DNA of 54,396 nucleotides, the filler included, from Sphacelaria rigidula (taxonomy: Eukaryota): NCBI GenBank assembly GCA_964200075.2. It is 4 parts of 4 records of this genome, joined end to end, with 100 filler letters (N's around TTAATTAATTAA, not from the genome) between each part and the next. Parts side by side here need not be neighbours in the genome. Positions count along the whole stretch, not along the records: positions 40,878 to 54,396 come from CAXNAA020002831.1; 3 more parts are not named here. One strand, written 5' to 3'. The notes under the pieces are model-generated. The model searched no databases. It was given only the letters and a program-made list of their open reading frames with translations, and was not told the DNA's origin. Position 1 is the stretch's first letter. Each line of letters begins with the position of its first letter. This document shows positions 54,300 through 54,396 of the stretch, piece after piece. Made by a program: the position numbers and the translations under genes.

Positions 54300-54300
<1 letters not shown>
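52227..54300. repeat. Inverted duplication of ~450 bp; right arm split by a ~660-bp intervening segment
   Basis: 52227-52646 pairs with 53906-54300 (right arm lacks ~25 bp), and 52648-52679 pairs with 53210-53242. Confidence 0.9.
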
Positions 54301-54337
<37 letters not shown>

Positions 54338-54396
54338 CACATTAGTCCGATCTCGCAAACCTGTGGTCACAGACGTAGGCTCGCCTTTCCACCACC
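54301..54396 (-). mobile_element. 3' end of a non-LTR retroelement with an (AAT)11 tail, running off the window
   Basis: (att)n followed by sequence matching 40890-40945. Confidence 0.7.

Overview
Repeat-rich, intron-containing eukaryotic DNA, most consistent with a brown alga (Phaeophyceae) given the EsV-1-7 repeat and gene architecture. It is stitched from four contigs by 100-bp N/TTAATTAATTAA linkers, so adjacency across gaps is uncertain. By hand-splicing I find: the 3' four exons of a TTLL9-like tubulin glutamylase (minus strand, one GC-AG intron); a six-exon SMN (survival motor neuron)-like gene with a YG box but no Tudor domain (plus strand); a spliced EsV-1-7-repeat gene; a single-exon 356-aa orphan ORF; and a decayed Enhancer-of-polycomb-like (EPL1) gene (minus strand, ~34.5-40.8 kb). 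The most unusual feature is that this EPL1 gene is broken by two foldback inverted duplications of its own coding sequence, one with a perfect 101-bp stem. A third inverted duplication affects a hAT-like relic. These are candidate hairpin-RNA or nascent-miRNA loci. The rest is MITEs, a tRNA-derived SINE, LINE-like tails and tandem duplications. All domain calls are from motif recognition by eye, not database searches.
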